DNA from: Hanamia sp.
Lineage (GTDB): Bacteria; Bacteroidota; Bacteroidia; Chitinophagales; Chitinophagaceae
Assembly (NCBI GenBank): GCA_035765495.1
Contig: DASTXM010000018.1
Coordinates: 910 to 64,909 of the forward strand
Length of the DNA stretch: 64,000 nt
Direction: 5' to 3'
This document shows positions 41,421 through 50,437 of this stretch, piece by piece; positions within the stretch are counted from its first letter, which is position 1; every line of letters starts with the position of its first letter. The notes under the pieces were generated by a model. The model made no database searches, was not told the origin of the DNA, and saw nothing but the letters and a program-made list of their open reading frames with translations. The position numbers were made by a program, and so were the translations under genes.

Positions 41421-42182
41421 TTATTGCTTTTTTTGTTCTTTTACTGAAGTGAACTTTTGATCATAATCACTTCTTATGGTTTTCATCCAGCGATCCCACC
41501 ACAAAAAATACAAACCATAATTTCCTTTAAAATATTGATGATGCTGATTATGGTTAACAGAAGTGTTTATCCATTTACCAAACCAATGGCTGCTGAAACC
41601 CTTTGGATACAATTCATATCCCAGGTGACCATATACATTGTACACGATCATTATAAAAAAGAAAATGGCCAAGTGCAGTGGATGCATAGGAATTGTAAAA
41701 AGAAATACTGCAAAAATTCCGGCTTCAACAATCGCTTCCAGTGGATGAAATGAATAGGCAGCCCACGGAGAAGGATTCGTTGATAAATGATGAACAAGAT
41801 GAAACCACTTAAATATTTTTGCATGATGCATCAGCCTGTGTGTCCAGTAAAAATAGGTGTCGTGAATTAAAAACATCAGTGGGAATGCGAGGTAGAAATA
41901 AAATCGACCGTATTGATGAATATCAGTGTAGAAAAATGAATGCGCACGAATCGATTTTACATGAAGAATAATTAAAGGAACAGATGCAAATATGCAAATG
42001 GTAATTATGCTGTAACCAATCTCTCTTGCGTAATCATTTGGTCCAGGAAACTTGGGCTGTATTTTTTTGTATCCAGTCCATTTATTTATCAGCAGGTAAA
42101 ATATAATAAAAGCAATTCCCGCAACGATAAAATACCTCGTGCCTATTTTTTGAAAATAAAAGAAATAATTTGACCAGTGCAT
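41421..42182 (-). CDS. Sterol desaturase/fatty acid hydroxylase family protein
   Basis: His boxes HRLMH, HLVHH, HNQHH; SFHPLE. Confidence 0.92.
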   Translation of the reverse strand: MHWSNYFFYFQKIGTRYFIVAGIAFIIFYLLINKWTGYKKIQPKFPGPNDYAREIGYSIITICIFASVPLIILHVKSIRAHSFFYTDIHQYGRFYFYLAFPLMFLIHDTYFYWTHRLMHHAKIFKWFHLVHHLSTNPSPWAAYSFHPLEAIVEAGIFAVFLFTIPMHPLHLAIFFFIMIVYNVYGHLGYELYPKGFSSHWFGKWINTSVNHNQHHQYFKGNYGLYFLWWDRWMKTIRSDYDQKFTSVKEQKKQ

Positions 42183-42281
42183 ACAATCCTTTTCTGGTAA
42201 ATAAAGTTACACCAAATCAAAAGTAAACTAAGGCGAAAGCAAATATCGGATGGTAATTTTTACTTAAAGTGATGAATATTA

Positions 42282-42824
42282 TCAGGGGCTTTCTTTCCTG
42301 GGTGTTATAGTTCCTTTGTGGTCATAAAGTTCTTTGAAGAATTCGGGCGTATGCTGATTGGTTATGGAGATCAATTCCCAGGTGGTATTTCTTTTTTGCG
42401 CGATAGCAGATACTAGTCCATATTCTTTATAAAGTATTTTTCCCGCTTGGTTAATATTGAACCAATCCATCTCCCAGGGATAAAAGATCAATGCATTATT
42501 TCCATCAAGCATTCTCAGGTCAACATTGCCCGACGAATAATTATACGTAATGGTATCAAGGTGATTCATCGTGTTATAATAACTCTGAATCTCCCTTTTG
42601 TTGGCATAAAAATACCCCGCAGGATTTACCAAACTTGCATCATCAGCAATGGGTTTCATTACGGAGGGGAGATCTTTCCTTTGCATGGCAAACTGCTGGG
42701 TTTGCACCATGTTCAATAAAATAAGACTGTCACTGGCATAACGGCCCTGGCTGAAAGCTGAATTGGCAATAAGGGAAAAGAAAATAATAAACCAAAAGTT
42801 TTTCATGCTTTTAGTAAACTTCAT
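42282..42824 (-). CDS. Secreted NTF2/SnoaL-like protein
   Basis: Signal peptide; ADDASLVNPAG, KRNTTWELISITN pattern; start uncertain (42824 or 42806). Confidence 0.65.
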   Translation of the reverse strand: MKFTKSMKNFWFIIFFSLIANSAFSQGRYASDSLILLNMVQTQQFAMQRKDLPSVMKPIADDASLVNPAGYFYANKREIQSYYNTMNHLDTITYNYSSGNVDLRMLDGNNALIFYPWEMDWFNINQAGKILYKEYGLVSAIAQKRNTTWELISITNQHTPEFFKELYDHKGTITPRKESP

Positions 42825-42979
42825 ATAAACGGATTTTTTGAGTGAGTTCACAGAAGCTAAATTAAATAATAAAAGGAGAATATATAGTACGACAATGTTT
42901 GGCAGTTGAGGTGACACTTTTAAAGATAGTATTTCATGCATCAAAAATGTTATCGAAGAGCAGGTCCAAAAATTAAAAA

Positions 42980-43270
42980 TTATTCGTAACCTTCAACTAC
43001 AAGCATCTTGGTGGTTGAGGCCCTTTGCCTGATCGCTTTGGCTTTGGAGTATCCTTCCGAGTTCCACCATTCTTTGGCCCGTTCAACAGAAGGAAATTCA
43101 AGCACCACTACCCTTTCAGGATTCCAATCGCCTTCAAGAGATTCTGATTTTGCCCCACGAATCAAAAATTTTCCATCATAAGCGGCTATGCTCGCCGGCG
43201 TTAATTTTTTGTATTCATCATACAAATCGTGATCATGAATGTTTATTTCAACAATGACATACGCTTTCAT
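42980..43270 (-). CDS. DUF1330 domain protein
   Basis: YDGKFLIRG, LEGDW, VVLEFPS, WWNSEGY. Confidence 0.9.
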   Translation of the reverse strand: MKAYVIVEINIHDHDLYDEYKKLTPASIAAYDGKFLIRGAKSESLEGDWNPERVVVLEFPSVERAKEWWNSEGYSKAKAIRQRASTTKMLVVEGYE

Positions 43271-43430
43271 AAAAAGGGCTATTAAAATTAGTTTTTAAAG
43301 AGTTGGCAAATTTAAGAAGAACAAAGAATGTTATTTCCATGCGACAGAAAAATGAGAATGATCGCATTGACATGTTTGAATTGAAATTCTTTTTCATGAA
43401 GGCTTTTTCAATAAAATAACCTGCTTTATT

Positions 43431-43592
43431 TTAATCATAAACACCCCCCTTTCTTCCCGTTTTCTTTTCAACTTCGTCCTTTGCACCGGGACCGCCAACC
43501 TTTTCAATTGTCCTTTTTTTCCTGAAATAAGTGATGAGGATAAACGCCAGGATAACGATACCGACCGTAATAGAAATAAATAGAATACCCAT
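43431..43592 (-). CDS. Putative 53-aa single-pass membrane microprotein MGILFISITVGIVILAFILITYFRKKRTIEKVGGPGAKDEVEKKTGRKGGVYD
   Basis: Open frame ATG..TAA filling an intergenic gap; TM helix followed by RKKR; not in ORF track. Confidence 0.65.
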   Translation of the reverse strand: MGILFISITVGIVILAFILITYFRKKRTIEKVGGPGAKDEVEKKTGRKGGVYD

Positions 43593-43770
43593 AATTTGTG
43601 ATTTTTAATTCATTATGAAAAGGAACACAATAATTATGCAGTAAATGAAAAATTGCGTGAATTTGTTGCTTCTCTCGTGTGAAAGACAATATCCCGATTG
43701 CCATTTTAAGTAACATTCATGACACAAATCCAAGAATGCGGGTCTTAATTTTGCCGAATTAAATAAAACT

Positions 43771-44358
43771 TTGAAGGTGGAAGAAAATAAAATTGTAAAC
43801 TGGTTTAAAAGAAATTGGAAAAATTACCTTTTTTATGCGGTGATCTTATTTTTTCTTTTCAACGCAAGCGCCAAATCCTGGTTGTTGCAGAGAATTATGT
43901 CAACGGGATTGTTCAATGCTAAAATCAAAACCGAACAAACTGCCACCATTTCGTCTGCTGCGTCCTTTTCTGTTACTGCTGCCGACGGAAAAATAATAAC
44001 TTCTGATTCTTTAAAAGGTAAGGTTGTTCTGATCAACTTTTGGGCTTCATGGTGCCCGCCTTGCAGAGCTGAGATGCCTTCACTGAACAAATTGTACAAT
44101 GATCTGAAAGATGATGACCATTTCGTTTTCCTGTTTATCAATGAGGATGAGCACATCGAAAACGCAAAGAATTTTATTTCCAAAAACAACTATTCAATTC
44201 CTTTATACTTTCGTTTAAATGTTCCCACAGAAATTTTCAGTGGCACACTGCCAACCACATTGGTTTTGAACAACCAGGGAAAAGTAGTTTTGAAACATGA
44301 AGGAATGGCGAGCTATGACAGTGAAAGTTTTATTAATCAATTGAAAAAATTACAATAA
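43771..44358 (+). CDS. TlpA-family thiol-disulfide oxidoreductase
   Basis: INFWASWCPPCRAEMP, LPTT; N-terminal membrane anchor. Confidence 0.92.
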   Translation: MKVEENKIVNWFKRNWKNYLFYAVILFFLFNASAKSWLLQRIMSTGLFNAKIKTEQTATISSAASFSVTAADGKIITSDSLKGKVVLINFWASWCPPCRAEMPSLNKLYNDLKDDDHFVFLFINEDEHIENAKNFISKNNYSIPLYFRLNVPTEIFSGTLPTTLVLNNQGKVVLKHEGMASYDSESFINQLKKLQ

Positions 44359-44370
44359 AAAAAGAACACC

Positions 44371-44823
44371 ATGAAACAAAAAAGAACCTTACTTCTCTTC
44401 GCATCACTATTTCTTGCCTCAGCAACATTTTGCCAAACAAACACTTCAAATTTTCATGGCGCAGAAGCTAACTTAAAGTCTTACAAAGCATTATTTATCC
44501 TTGATGATTCTTCTCCGCAAAAAATGCACATGATCCTTCACAACATTGAAAATTCGTTGGATGATCCAAGGTTGAATGGAAAACTGCAGGTAGAATTAAT
44601 TGCTTTCGGACCCGGCGTAAAATTGTATTTAAAATCCAGTCACATGGATACACTTCTTCTGCCGTTGGTAAAACGCGGAGTTATTTTTGCCGAATGCGAA
44701 AACACGATGCGAAAGGCGAAACTTTCCAAAGACCAACTGTGGCCTTTTGTTTCCTACGTTCCCAGCGGCAACGGAGAAATCATTATCCGCGAATCCCAGG
44801 GCTGGGTTGGTATTCATCCATAG
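44371..44823 (+). CDS. Secreted DsrE family protein
   Basis: VELIAFGPG, GVIFAECENTM, VPSG, QGW. Confidence 0.85.
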   Translation: MKQKRTLLLFASLFLASATFCQTNTSNFHGAEANLKSYKALFILDDSSPQKMHMILHNIENSLDDPRLNGKLQVELIAFGPGVKLYLKSSHMDTLLLPLVKRGVIFAECENTMRKAKLSKDQLWPFVSYVPSGNGEIIIRESQGWVGIHP

Positions 44824-44914
44824 TGAATGAACAAAAAGAAGGAAATTTTATTTTGATTTTCCTTTCCTAACTTAACATCCCTTTCCTTACTTTTACTTTT
44901 TAAGAAATATTGAA

Positions 44915-45631
44915 ATGCGGGAACCAAAGCACGATAAGGAAAGACAGGATTTTCAATTGGAAAGATTTACTTTTTTTACGGATGGCGTTTGTGCCATTTG
45001 TATCACCCTTCTTGTAATAGAAATAAAAGTTCCTGAACTGCCGCTGCCAACAGATCATCTTCTATGGCAGTCGATCTCTCATCTGTCATTGAGGTTCTTA
45101 GGTTTTGTGATCAGCTTCGGAATCATTGGCCATTATTGGTCTGTGCATCACCGAATTTTTGGTTACGTCGTTAAATATACAACGGGTTTATTGTGGCTGA
45201 ATCTTGCTTTTCTATTTACCGTTGTTTTACTTCCGTTCAGTTCCGGTTTTTTAGGCCAATACAGTTCTTATTCAAACCTTAAACTTCCGTATGCGGTTTA
45301 CACTTTCAACATGGTACTCACTGGTTTGATGAACTGTTGGCTTTGGCTTTATGTGAGCAATCCAAAACGTAAAATGCTTTCACGTGAAATTTCAAGAGCA
45401 CGAATCAAATTAGGTTTGTACAGGAGCTTGGTGATCCCTGTAGTTTTTTTCATTTCATTCCTCGTTTCTTTGTTTTTACCAATCATTTCAAAATTGATCC
45501 TGTTACTGATTCCAATCATCCTTCATTGGGGAATGAAAGGTTTAGAAAAGAGAGCCGAAATAGAAGAAATACAAGAACATAAATTAGCCGCTGAAGGAAA
45601 GGCGGCGCACACAATTAAACAAATCAGCTAA
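44915..45631 (+). CDS. TMEM175 family protein
   Basis: ERFTFFTDGVCAICITLLVIE, YWSVHH. Confidence 0.88.
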   Translation: MREPKHDKERQDFQLERFTFFTDGVCAICITLLVIEIKVPELPLPTDHLLWQSISHLSLRFLGFVISFGIIGHYWSVHHRIFGYVVKYTTGLLWLNLAFLFTVVLLPFSSGFLGQYSSYSNLKLPYAVYTFNMVLTGLMNCWLWLYVSNPKRKMLSREISRARIKLGLYRSLVIPVVFFISFLVSLFLPIISKLILLLIPIILHWGMKGLEKRAEIEEIQEHKLAAEGKAAHTIKQIS

Positions 45632-45645
45632 TTGCGATGGAGTTT

Positions 45646-46872
45646 TTAGGTAAACAACAATCGAAAATAAAATCCAGGTTTTACCAATTCTTTTTTCAGG
45701 TCAATATTATTAAGCATTGAACTGATCAGCATTTGAACCGATTTGTTGTTATTGGCTTTTTTCACCACAAAATTGATCATACGCGGATAGCGGAACATTC
45801 GCTGCAATGATCGTCCAATCCTGAATTCGTTCCACATGCGGTGATAAATTTCTTTGTCGTATTCAAGGTTGAAACTGGCATCAAATCGATTTTTTTCAAA
45901 AGCCTTTAAGACATGTTCAGCCGCCACCCGACCACTTCTTATTGAATTGGCAATTCCCTCGCCCGTAAAAGGATCGATCAATCCAGCCGCATCTCCAAGC
46001 AATAAAAAATGATCGCCGGAAAGATCTCTTTTCTTAGAACCAAGCGGCAATCCAAAGCCTTCAATTCCTATCAATGGAACCGCATTTTTAAATCGTTCTT
46101 TAAGCGTAGGTTCTGTCGCCAGCAAATGCCCCAACTCCTTTTTCAGGTTGATCTGCTTTTTGCTCACTACTTCTGAAAGCATTCCCAATCCTACGTTTGC
46201 GCGATTTCCGGGCAAAGGGAAAACCCATAAATATCCCGGAAGAATTTCTTTGTAAAAATGAAGTTCTATGTGGTTTTCATTATGAAAACCATGAACATTT
46301 TCAAAATATTGTCTTACGCCCGCGCAATAATGATCTTTCTCCACTTTGTTACCGGTAAGTTTTTTATTCAAAACAGAATGCGCACCGTCAGCGCCCAAAG
46401 CCATTTTTGCTGTAAATGATTTTGTTGCTGAATTCAAAACAATTTGATCTTTTCCATTCTCAACTGTTTCGATCTTTTCGTTTTGAAAAACGGTTACATC
46501 CGGCAAAGAAGAAACTTGTGAAAAAAAGAAGTTGTCAAAATCAATCCTTTTAGCAACAAATCCTCCACCAAAAACTTTTTCAGGTTTGGAGAACTTGATA
46601 TCGAGTTGTTGATGATTGGGTGTAATAAAACGGACACCATTAGACGCAATTTTTGCAGGAAATTGTTCCAGCTTTTCGGCAAGTTCTCCATTCATACGAT
46701 GAAATTGATTGGCAACATCGGCGCTCAAAGCATCGCCGCAAATTTTATCACGCGGAAAAGTGTCTTTTTCAACAAGCGCAATTTTTAATCCTTTTCCCGA
46801 AAGCATATAAGCTGCAGCGCAGCCCGCAGGGCCCGCACCTGCTATCACTACATCAAATTGTAAAGTTTCCAT
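45646..46872 (-). CDS. Geranylgeranyl reductase family FAD oxidoreductase
   Basis: GAGPAG, PRDKICGD, GYLWVFP, GDAAGLIDPFTGEGI. Confidence 0.92.
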   Translation of the reverse strand: METLQFDVVIAGAGPAGCAAAYMLSGKGLKIALVEKDTFPRDKICGDALSADVANQFHRMNGELAEKLEQFPAKIASNGVRFITPNHQQLDIKFSKPEKVFGGGFVAKRIDFDNFFFSQVSSLPDVTVFQNEKIETVENGKDQIVLNSATKSFTAKMALGADGAHSVLNKKLTGNKVEKDHYCAGVRQYFENVHGFHNENHIELHFYKEILPGYLWVFPLPGNRANVGLGMLSEVVSKKQINLKKELGHLLATEPTLKERFKNAVPLIGIEGFGLPLGSKKRDLSGDHFLLLGDAAGLIDPFTGEGIANSIRSGRVAAEHVLKAFEKNRFDASFNLEYDKEIYHRMWNEFRIGRSLQRMFRYPRMINFVVKKANNNKSVQMLISSMLNNIDLKKELVKPGFYFRLLFT

Positions 46873-47022
46873 ATTAAAGGCCGAAAGCTACGATTTTATA
46901 GTAAACAAAGAATTAAATGAAATTTTTATTTTCTACTTCAAATCCTGATCACTTTTCAATTTTTGTCATTAACTTTCATGCTGTTATTGCTTGTTATTTG
47001 ATCACCCAAAATTTTTCTGAAA

Positions 47023-47805
47023 ATGAAATTCGCAAAATCTTTCCTCTTCGCATTTTTGACTTTGATTTTATCCTGCTTCCTGGTGAACACAACTTATGCG
47101 CAGGATCTTACCTCGCGTTTCAGTGAACAAAAATTTATTCAAGACGGTGACACTTTGCTTTACCGATTATTGTTTCCTGATTATGATACACTGCGCAAAT
47201 ATCCATTGGTGATCTTTTTGCATGGTTCCGGCGAAAGAGGCAGTGATAATGTGGCTCAATTAAAATGGGGGGTCCAGAATTTTGCAACGGATGAAAATAT
47301 GCGGCTTCATCCTGCCATTGTAATAGCTCCTCAATGTCCTTCACAAAGTCATTGGTCTAATTTTACCAATTCAAATCATGGCCCAATGCAGTTAATGTCA
47401 CAGCCTTCTGATCCTATGAAATTGGTTATTGCATTGATAAAGCAAGCAGAAAGTAAGCTGCCAATTGATACGAACCGCATTTACATTACAGGCCTTTCAA
47501 TGGGTGGATTTGGCACTTATGATGCCATTGAACGATATCCAAATATGTTTGCAGCAGCGGTGCCGGTTTGTGGAGGAGGTGATGAGACAAAGGCTTCTTC
47601 AATTGCGCATATTCCCATTTGGATTTTTCATGGCGCAGAAGATCCAACCGTTAATCCGCAATATGCCTTGAACATGACTGAAGCGTTGAGAAAGGCAGGA
47701 GCTCATCCGGCACTTACCATGTATCCTGAAACAGGACATTTTTCCTGGATCGCAGCTTACAACGATGAGGCGATGATGGAATGGTTGTTCAGGCAACACA
47801 AATAA
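47023..47805 (+). CDS. Secreted alpha/beta hydrolase (esterase/predicted peptidase)
   Basis: FLHGSGERG, GLSMGG nucleophile, FHGAED, GH. Confidence 0.88.
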   Translation: MKFAKSFLFAFLTLILSCFLVNTTYAQDLTSRFSEQKFIQDGDTLLYRLLFPDYDTLRKYPLVIFLHGSGERGSDNVAQLKWGVQNFATDENMRLHPAIVIAPQCPSQSHWSNFTNSNHGPMQLMSQPSDPMKLVIALIKQAESKLPIDTNRIYITGLSMGGFGTYDAIERYPNMFAAAVPVCGGGDETKASSIAHIPIWIFHGAEDPTVNPQYALNMTEALRKAGAHPALTMYPETGHFSWIAAYNDEAMMEWLFRQHK

Positions 47806-47811
47806 TTTTTT

Positions 47812-47841
47812 TGCAACCAACAGATAACTTCTGCATTATTG
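47812..47841 (+). promoter_or_regulatory. Putative ECF sigma promoter
   Basis: TGCAACCA-N14-CATTATTG, repeated at 48404. Confidence 0.65.
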
Positions 47842-47860
47842 ATCAAACTGCAGTTGGAAT

Positions 47861-48418
47861 GTGACAGAACCTGAATTATTACAAAGGATCAAAGAAGATC
47901 CGGAATACTTTTCCGAATTATTTGCGCTTTATTACAAGCCAATTTTTGGTTACGTGTTCCGGAGGACAGCTGATTTCGATAATGCGGCTGACATTACTGC
48001 CGAGACTTTTTTAAAAGCGTTTATGCATATCCGTTATTTTTCCTACCGGGGGATTTCTGTAAAGGTTTGGCTTTTCCGGATTGCCACCAATGAGGTCAAT
48101 CTTTTTTACAGGCAGTTGAGTAAAAAGAATTCCATTATTGAGAGGCTGAAATTTGAGAACAAAAAAGAGTTTTTGGAAACGTTCCAAAACGACAAATCAA
48201 TTTTGGAAAATGAATTGTCTCACCACAAAAGATTTTTGGAAGTTCAGAAAGCGCTTAAAAAATTACCGCTAAAATACCAGGATGTAATCTCACTAAAATA
48301 TTTTGAAGGAAAAAGTAATAAAGAAATAGCCGAAATTTTGGGGATGAAAGAAGGAACATTGAAATCCTTGCTTTCACGCGGATTGGAAAAATTGAGAAAA
48401 AAGTGCAACCATTTTTAA
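47861..48418 (+). CDS. ECF RNA polymerase sigma factor
   Basis: DITAETFLKA, WLFRIATN, EIAEILGMKEGTLKSLLSRG. Confidence 0.93.
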   Translation: MTEPELLQRIKEDPEYFSELFALYYKPIFGYVFRRTADFDNAADITAETFLKAFMHIRYFSYRGISVKVWLFRIATNEVNLFYRQLSKKNSIIERLKFENKKEFLETFQNDKSILENELSHHKRFLEVQKALKKLPLKYQDVISLKYFEGKSNKEIAEILGMKEGTLKSLLSRGLEKLRKKCNHF

Positions 48419-48433
48419 TCTTTTACATTATTG
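48404..48433 (+). promoter_or_regulatory. Putative ECF sigma promoter at the end of the sigma gene
   Basis: TGCAACCA-N14-CATTATTG, same as at 47812. Confidence 0.65.
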
Positions 48434-48436
48434 GTT

Positions 48437-48853
48437 ATGGAAATGAAAAGTTTTGAGGACGAATTAAACGTAATGACAAAACCTGAAATATCAGAACTTA
48501 AACACCAGGAACTGATGTCAAAAGCAGTTCTTTCAGTAAAAGATAAATCAGTTGTAAGCTCATGGTGGCTTGCCATCCCGCTGTATGTAATTGGTGCACT
48601 TTTGTTGAAAAGCTTTTACACAAAACATTCACTTCTTTCAAATATTCGTGAAATGAAGGAAAACCAACCAAATCTTTCCCTGTTTATTTTTCTTATTGTT
48701 CCTGTTGTGTTTGCTGTTGTAAATCTATTTGAAATCAGAAAGATGAATTTGTTTTCAGGTAAGCTCAAAGGCTTTTCATTTTTAAGAATAGTCTGGTTCA
48801 ATTTTTTAATGATAGCACTTTCGGTTTTTATCCTGTTTATTTATTTACTTTAA
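48437..48853 (+). CDS. Membrane protein, candidate anti-sigma factor
   Basis: Directly after ECF gene; short cytoplasmic N-terminus plus 3 TM helices. Confidence 0.65.
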   Translation: MEMKSFEDELNVMTKPEISELKHQELMSKAVLSVKDKSVVSSWWLAIPLYVIGALLLKSFYTKHSLLSNIREMKENQPNLSLFIFLIVPVVFAVVNLFEIRKMNLFSGKLKGFSFLRIVWFNFLMIALSVFILFIYLL

Positions 48854-48864
48854 AAAATAATAAA

Positions 48865-49095
48865 ATGAATTATCCCTGGTTTAAACGCAATGGAATCTTT
48901 TTTATGCCAAGATCATTTTTTGGCTGGCTTATATTTGTTGCTGCAATAACGTTTGCTATTTATTCTTTTATCGAAATTGACAGCCGCTCCCATTCGGCCA
49001 GTGATACTTTGATGAATTTCTTTTTTTATCTGCTGGTAATCGGAGCGGTTTATTCTTTGATCGCTTTTTTAACCAGCAAACAAACCAATCCCTGA
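48865..49095 (+). CDS. Small 2-TM membrane protein
   Basis: WFKRNG..P.S..GW motif; operon spacing. Confidence 0.72.
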   Translation: MNYPWFKRNGIFFMPRSFFGWLIFVAAITFAIYSFIEIDSRSHSASDTLMNFFFYLLVIGAVYSLIAFLTSKQTNP

Positions 49096-49100
49096 AAATT

Positions 49101-49670
49101 TTATTTGGCAACTTCTCTACTCCATTCTTCTGTAGACATAACATCTGCTTGTTTTGGAAATACTCTTGTTAATAAAACGTGCTGCACTTCTTCGTCCCTG
49201 TCTGCGCAACAATCAGAAAGAACTGTAAGGCGATAATCTTTATCAGCAGCTTCGCGTAATGTTGATAAAACAACTCCACTTGTTGCAACACCTGTCAGAA
49301 CAAGATGTTTGATCTCTTTGGCACGAAGAATTACTTCCAGATCGCTGCCGGTAAAAGCACTTACTCTTTTCTTAGTCACAACCAATTCACCGGTTTGTGG
49401 TGTTACTTCGGCTGCAACTTTATAAGAAGATTCTTCATCCATTTTTCTTCCTGAAGTTGTAATGTTGGTGAACATTTTATTGGCACTGCTTACTTCAGGA
49501 TAATCTTTTCGAAAACCAACGACCACATAAATTACCGGAATATCATTTTTCCGGGCAGTTGCAATTGCTTTTTTCAACGAAGAGAAAAAGCTTTCCTTCC
49601 CGGGAAGGTTTTGCACAATTCCTTGCTGTACATCCATAATCAAAAGTGCTGTGTGATTTTCATTTTTCAT
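49101..49670 (-). CDS. Isochorismatase/cysteine hydrolase family protein
   Basis: ALLIMDVQ, KKRVSAFTGSDL, GVATSGVVLST (usual catalytic Cys replaced). Confidence 0.88.
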   Translation of the reverse strand: MKNENHTALLIMDVQQGIVQNLPGKESFFSSLKKAIATARKNDIPVIYVVVGFRKDYPEVSSANKMFTNITTSGRKMDEESSYKVAAEVTPQTGELVVTKKRVSAFTGSDLEVILRAKEIKHLVLTGVATSGVVLSTLREAADKDYRLTVLSDCCADRDEEVQHVLLTRVFPKQADVMSTEEWSREVAK

Positions 49671-49803
49671 TTGTTATACTTTTTGTAATTGAAGCGTTCA
49701 AAAATAATGTACGAAATTTTTAAAATCCCGAAAATAAAAATTGTTGCTTTTTATTTGTTCACTCATAAATTATATTCAAAAAAGAACATCTTTATATCAA
49801 CAC

Positions 49804-49869
49804 TGACCAAACTCATAAGATCAACTGACGGTTGTTATCGGTTTTCACTTTGCTTCCAAAATATCTTTA
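49804..49869 (+). promoter_or_regulatory. Tandem CRP/FNR-type box promoter of Hsp20
   Basis: TGACCAAACTCA (49804) and TGACGGTTGTTA (49826); 24 nt gap; TATCTTTA. Confidence 0.7.
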
Positions 49870-49918
49870 CACCTGAAATAATTACAATTTTAAATCTTTT
49901 AAAAAACAAGGAGGTTTT

Positions 49919-50368
49919 ATGAAGACCAGAGCATTATCAAGAACCAATGATGTGATGTTGCCATCATTATTTGAAGATTTTATACGCCCCTGGAATGATT
50001 GGTTTGACGGTGGAAGCTACCTGGGGAGAACAATGTATGTTCCATCAGTGAATATCGAGGAATCAAAAGATGAGTACAAATTGTCAATGGCAGTTCCGGG
50101 TATGAAGAAAAGTGATTTCAAGATCGATGTAACCGGAAATGTGCTTACAATCAGTAGTGAAAAAGAGGAGAATAAAGAAGAAAAAGAAGAAAATTATTCC
50201 CGTATGGAGTACAATTATTCATCCTTCAGCCGCAGCTTTACACTGCCTGACGAAGTGAATAAGGATAAGATTGATGCAAATTACGTGGATGGAGTTTTAA
50301 AGCTCGTTCTTCCGAAAAAAGAGGAGGCAAAGAAACTGACAGTGAATAAAAAAATCGCTGTCAAGTAA
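49919..50368 (+). CDS. Hsp20/alpha-crystallin family protein
   Basis: PSVNIEE, PGMKKSDF, EYNYSSFSRSFTLP, ANYVDGVL. Confidence 0.95.
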   Translation: MKTRALSRTNDVMLPSLFEDFIRPWNDWFDGGSYLGRTMYVPSVNIEESKDEYKLSMAVPGMKKSDFKIDVTGNVLTISSEKEENKEEKEENYSRMEYNYSSFSRSFTLPDEVNKDKIDANYVDGVLKLVLPKKEEAKKLTVNKKIAVK

Positions 50369-50392
50369 GCAGGTATTATTCCTACTTGTAAT

Positions 50393-50422
50393 AGCCCCGC
50401 CATGGTTCTGCGGGGCTTTTTT
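50393..50422 (+). terminator. Intrinsic terminator
   Basis: AGCCCCGC...GCGGGGCT followed by a T run. Confidence 0.85.
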
Positions 50423-50437
50423 GTTTTAATAGGGAAA

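Noticed and set aside
43711-43753. TGACACAAATCC upstream of tlpA as a regulon box
   Set aside because: Imperfect and only 14 nt from TAATTTTG; does not fit the 22-25 nt geometry
49689-49922. 77-aa ORF upstream of Hsp20
   Set aside because: Spans the tandem-box promoter, TTG start, no protein-like features
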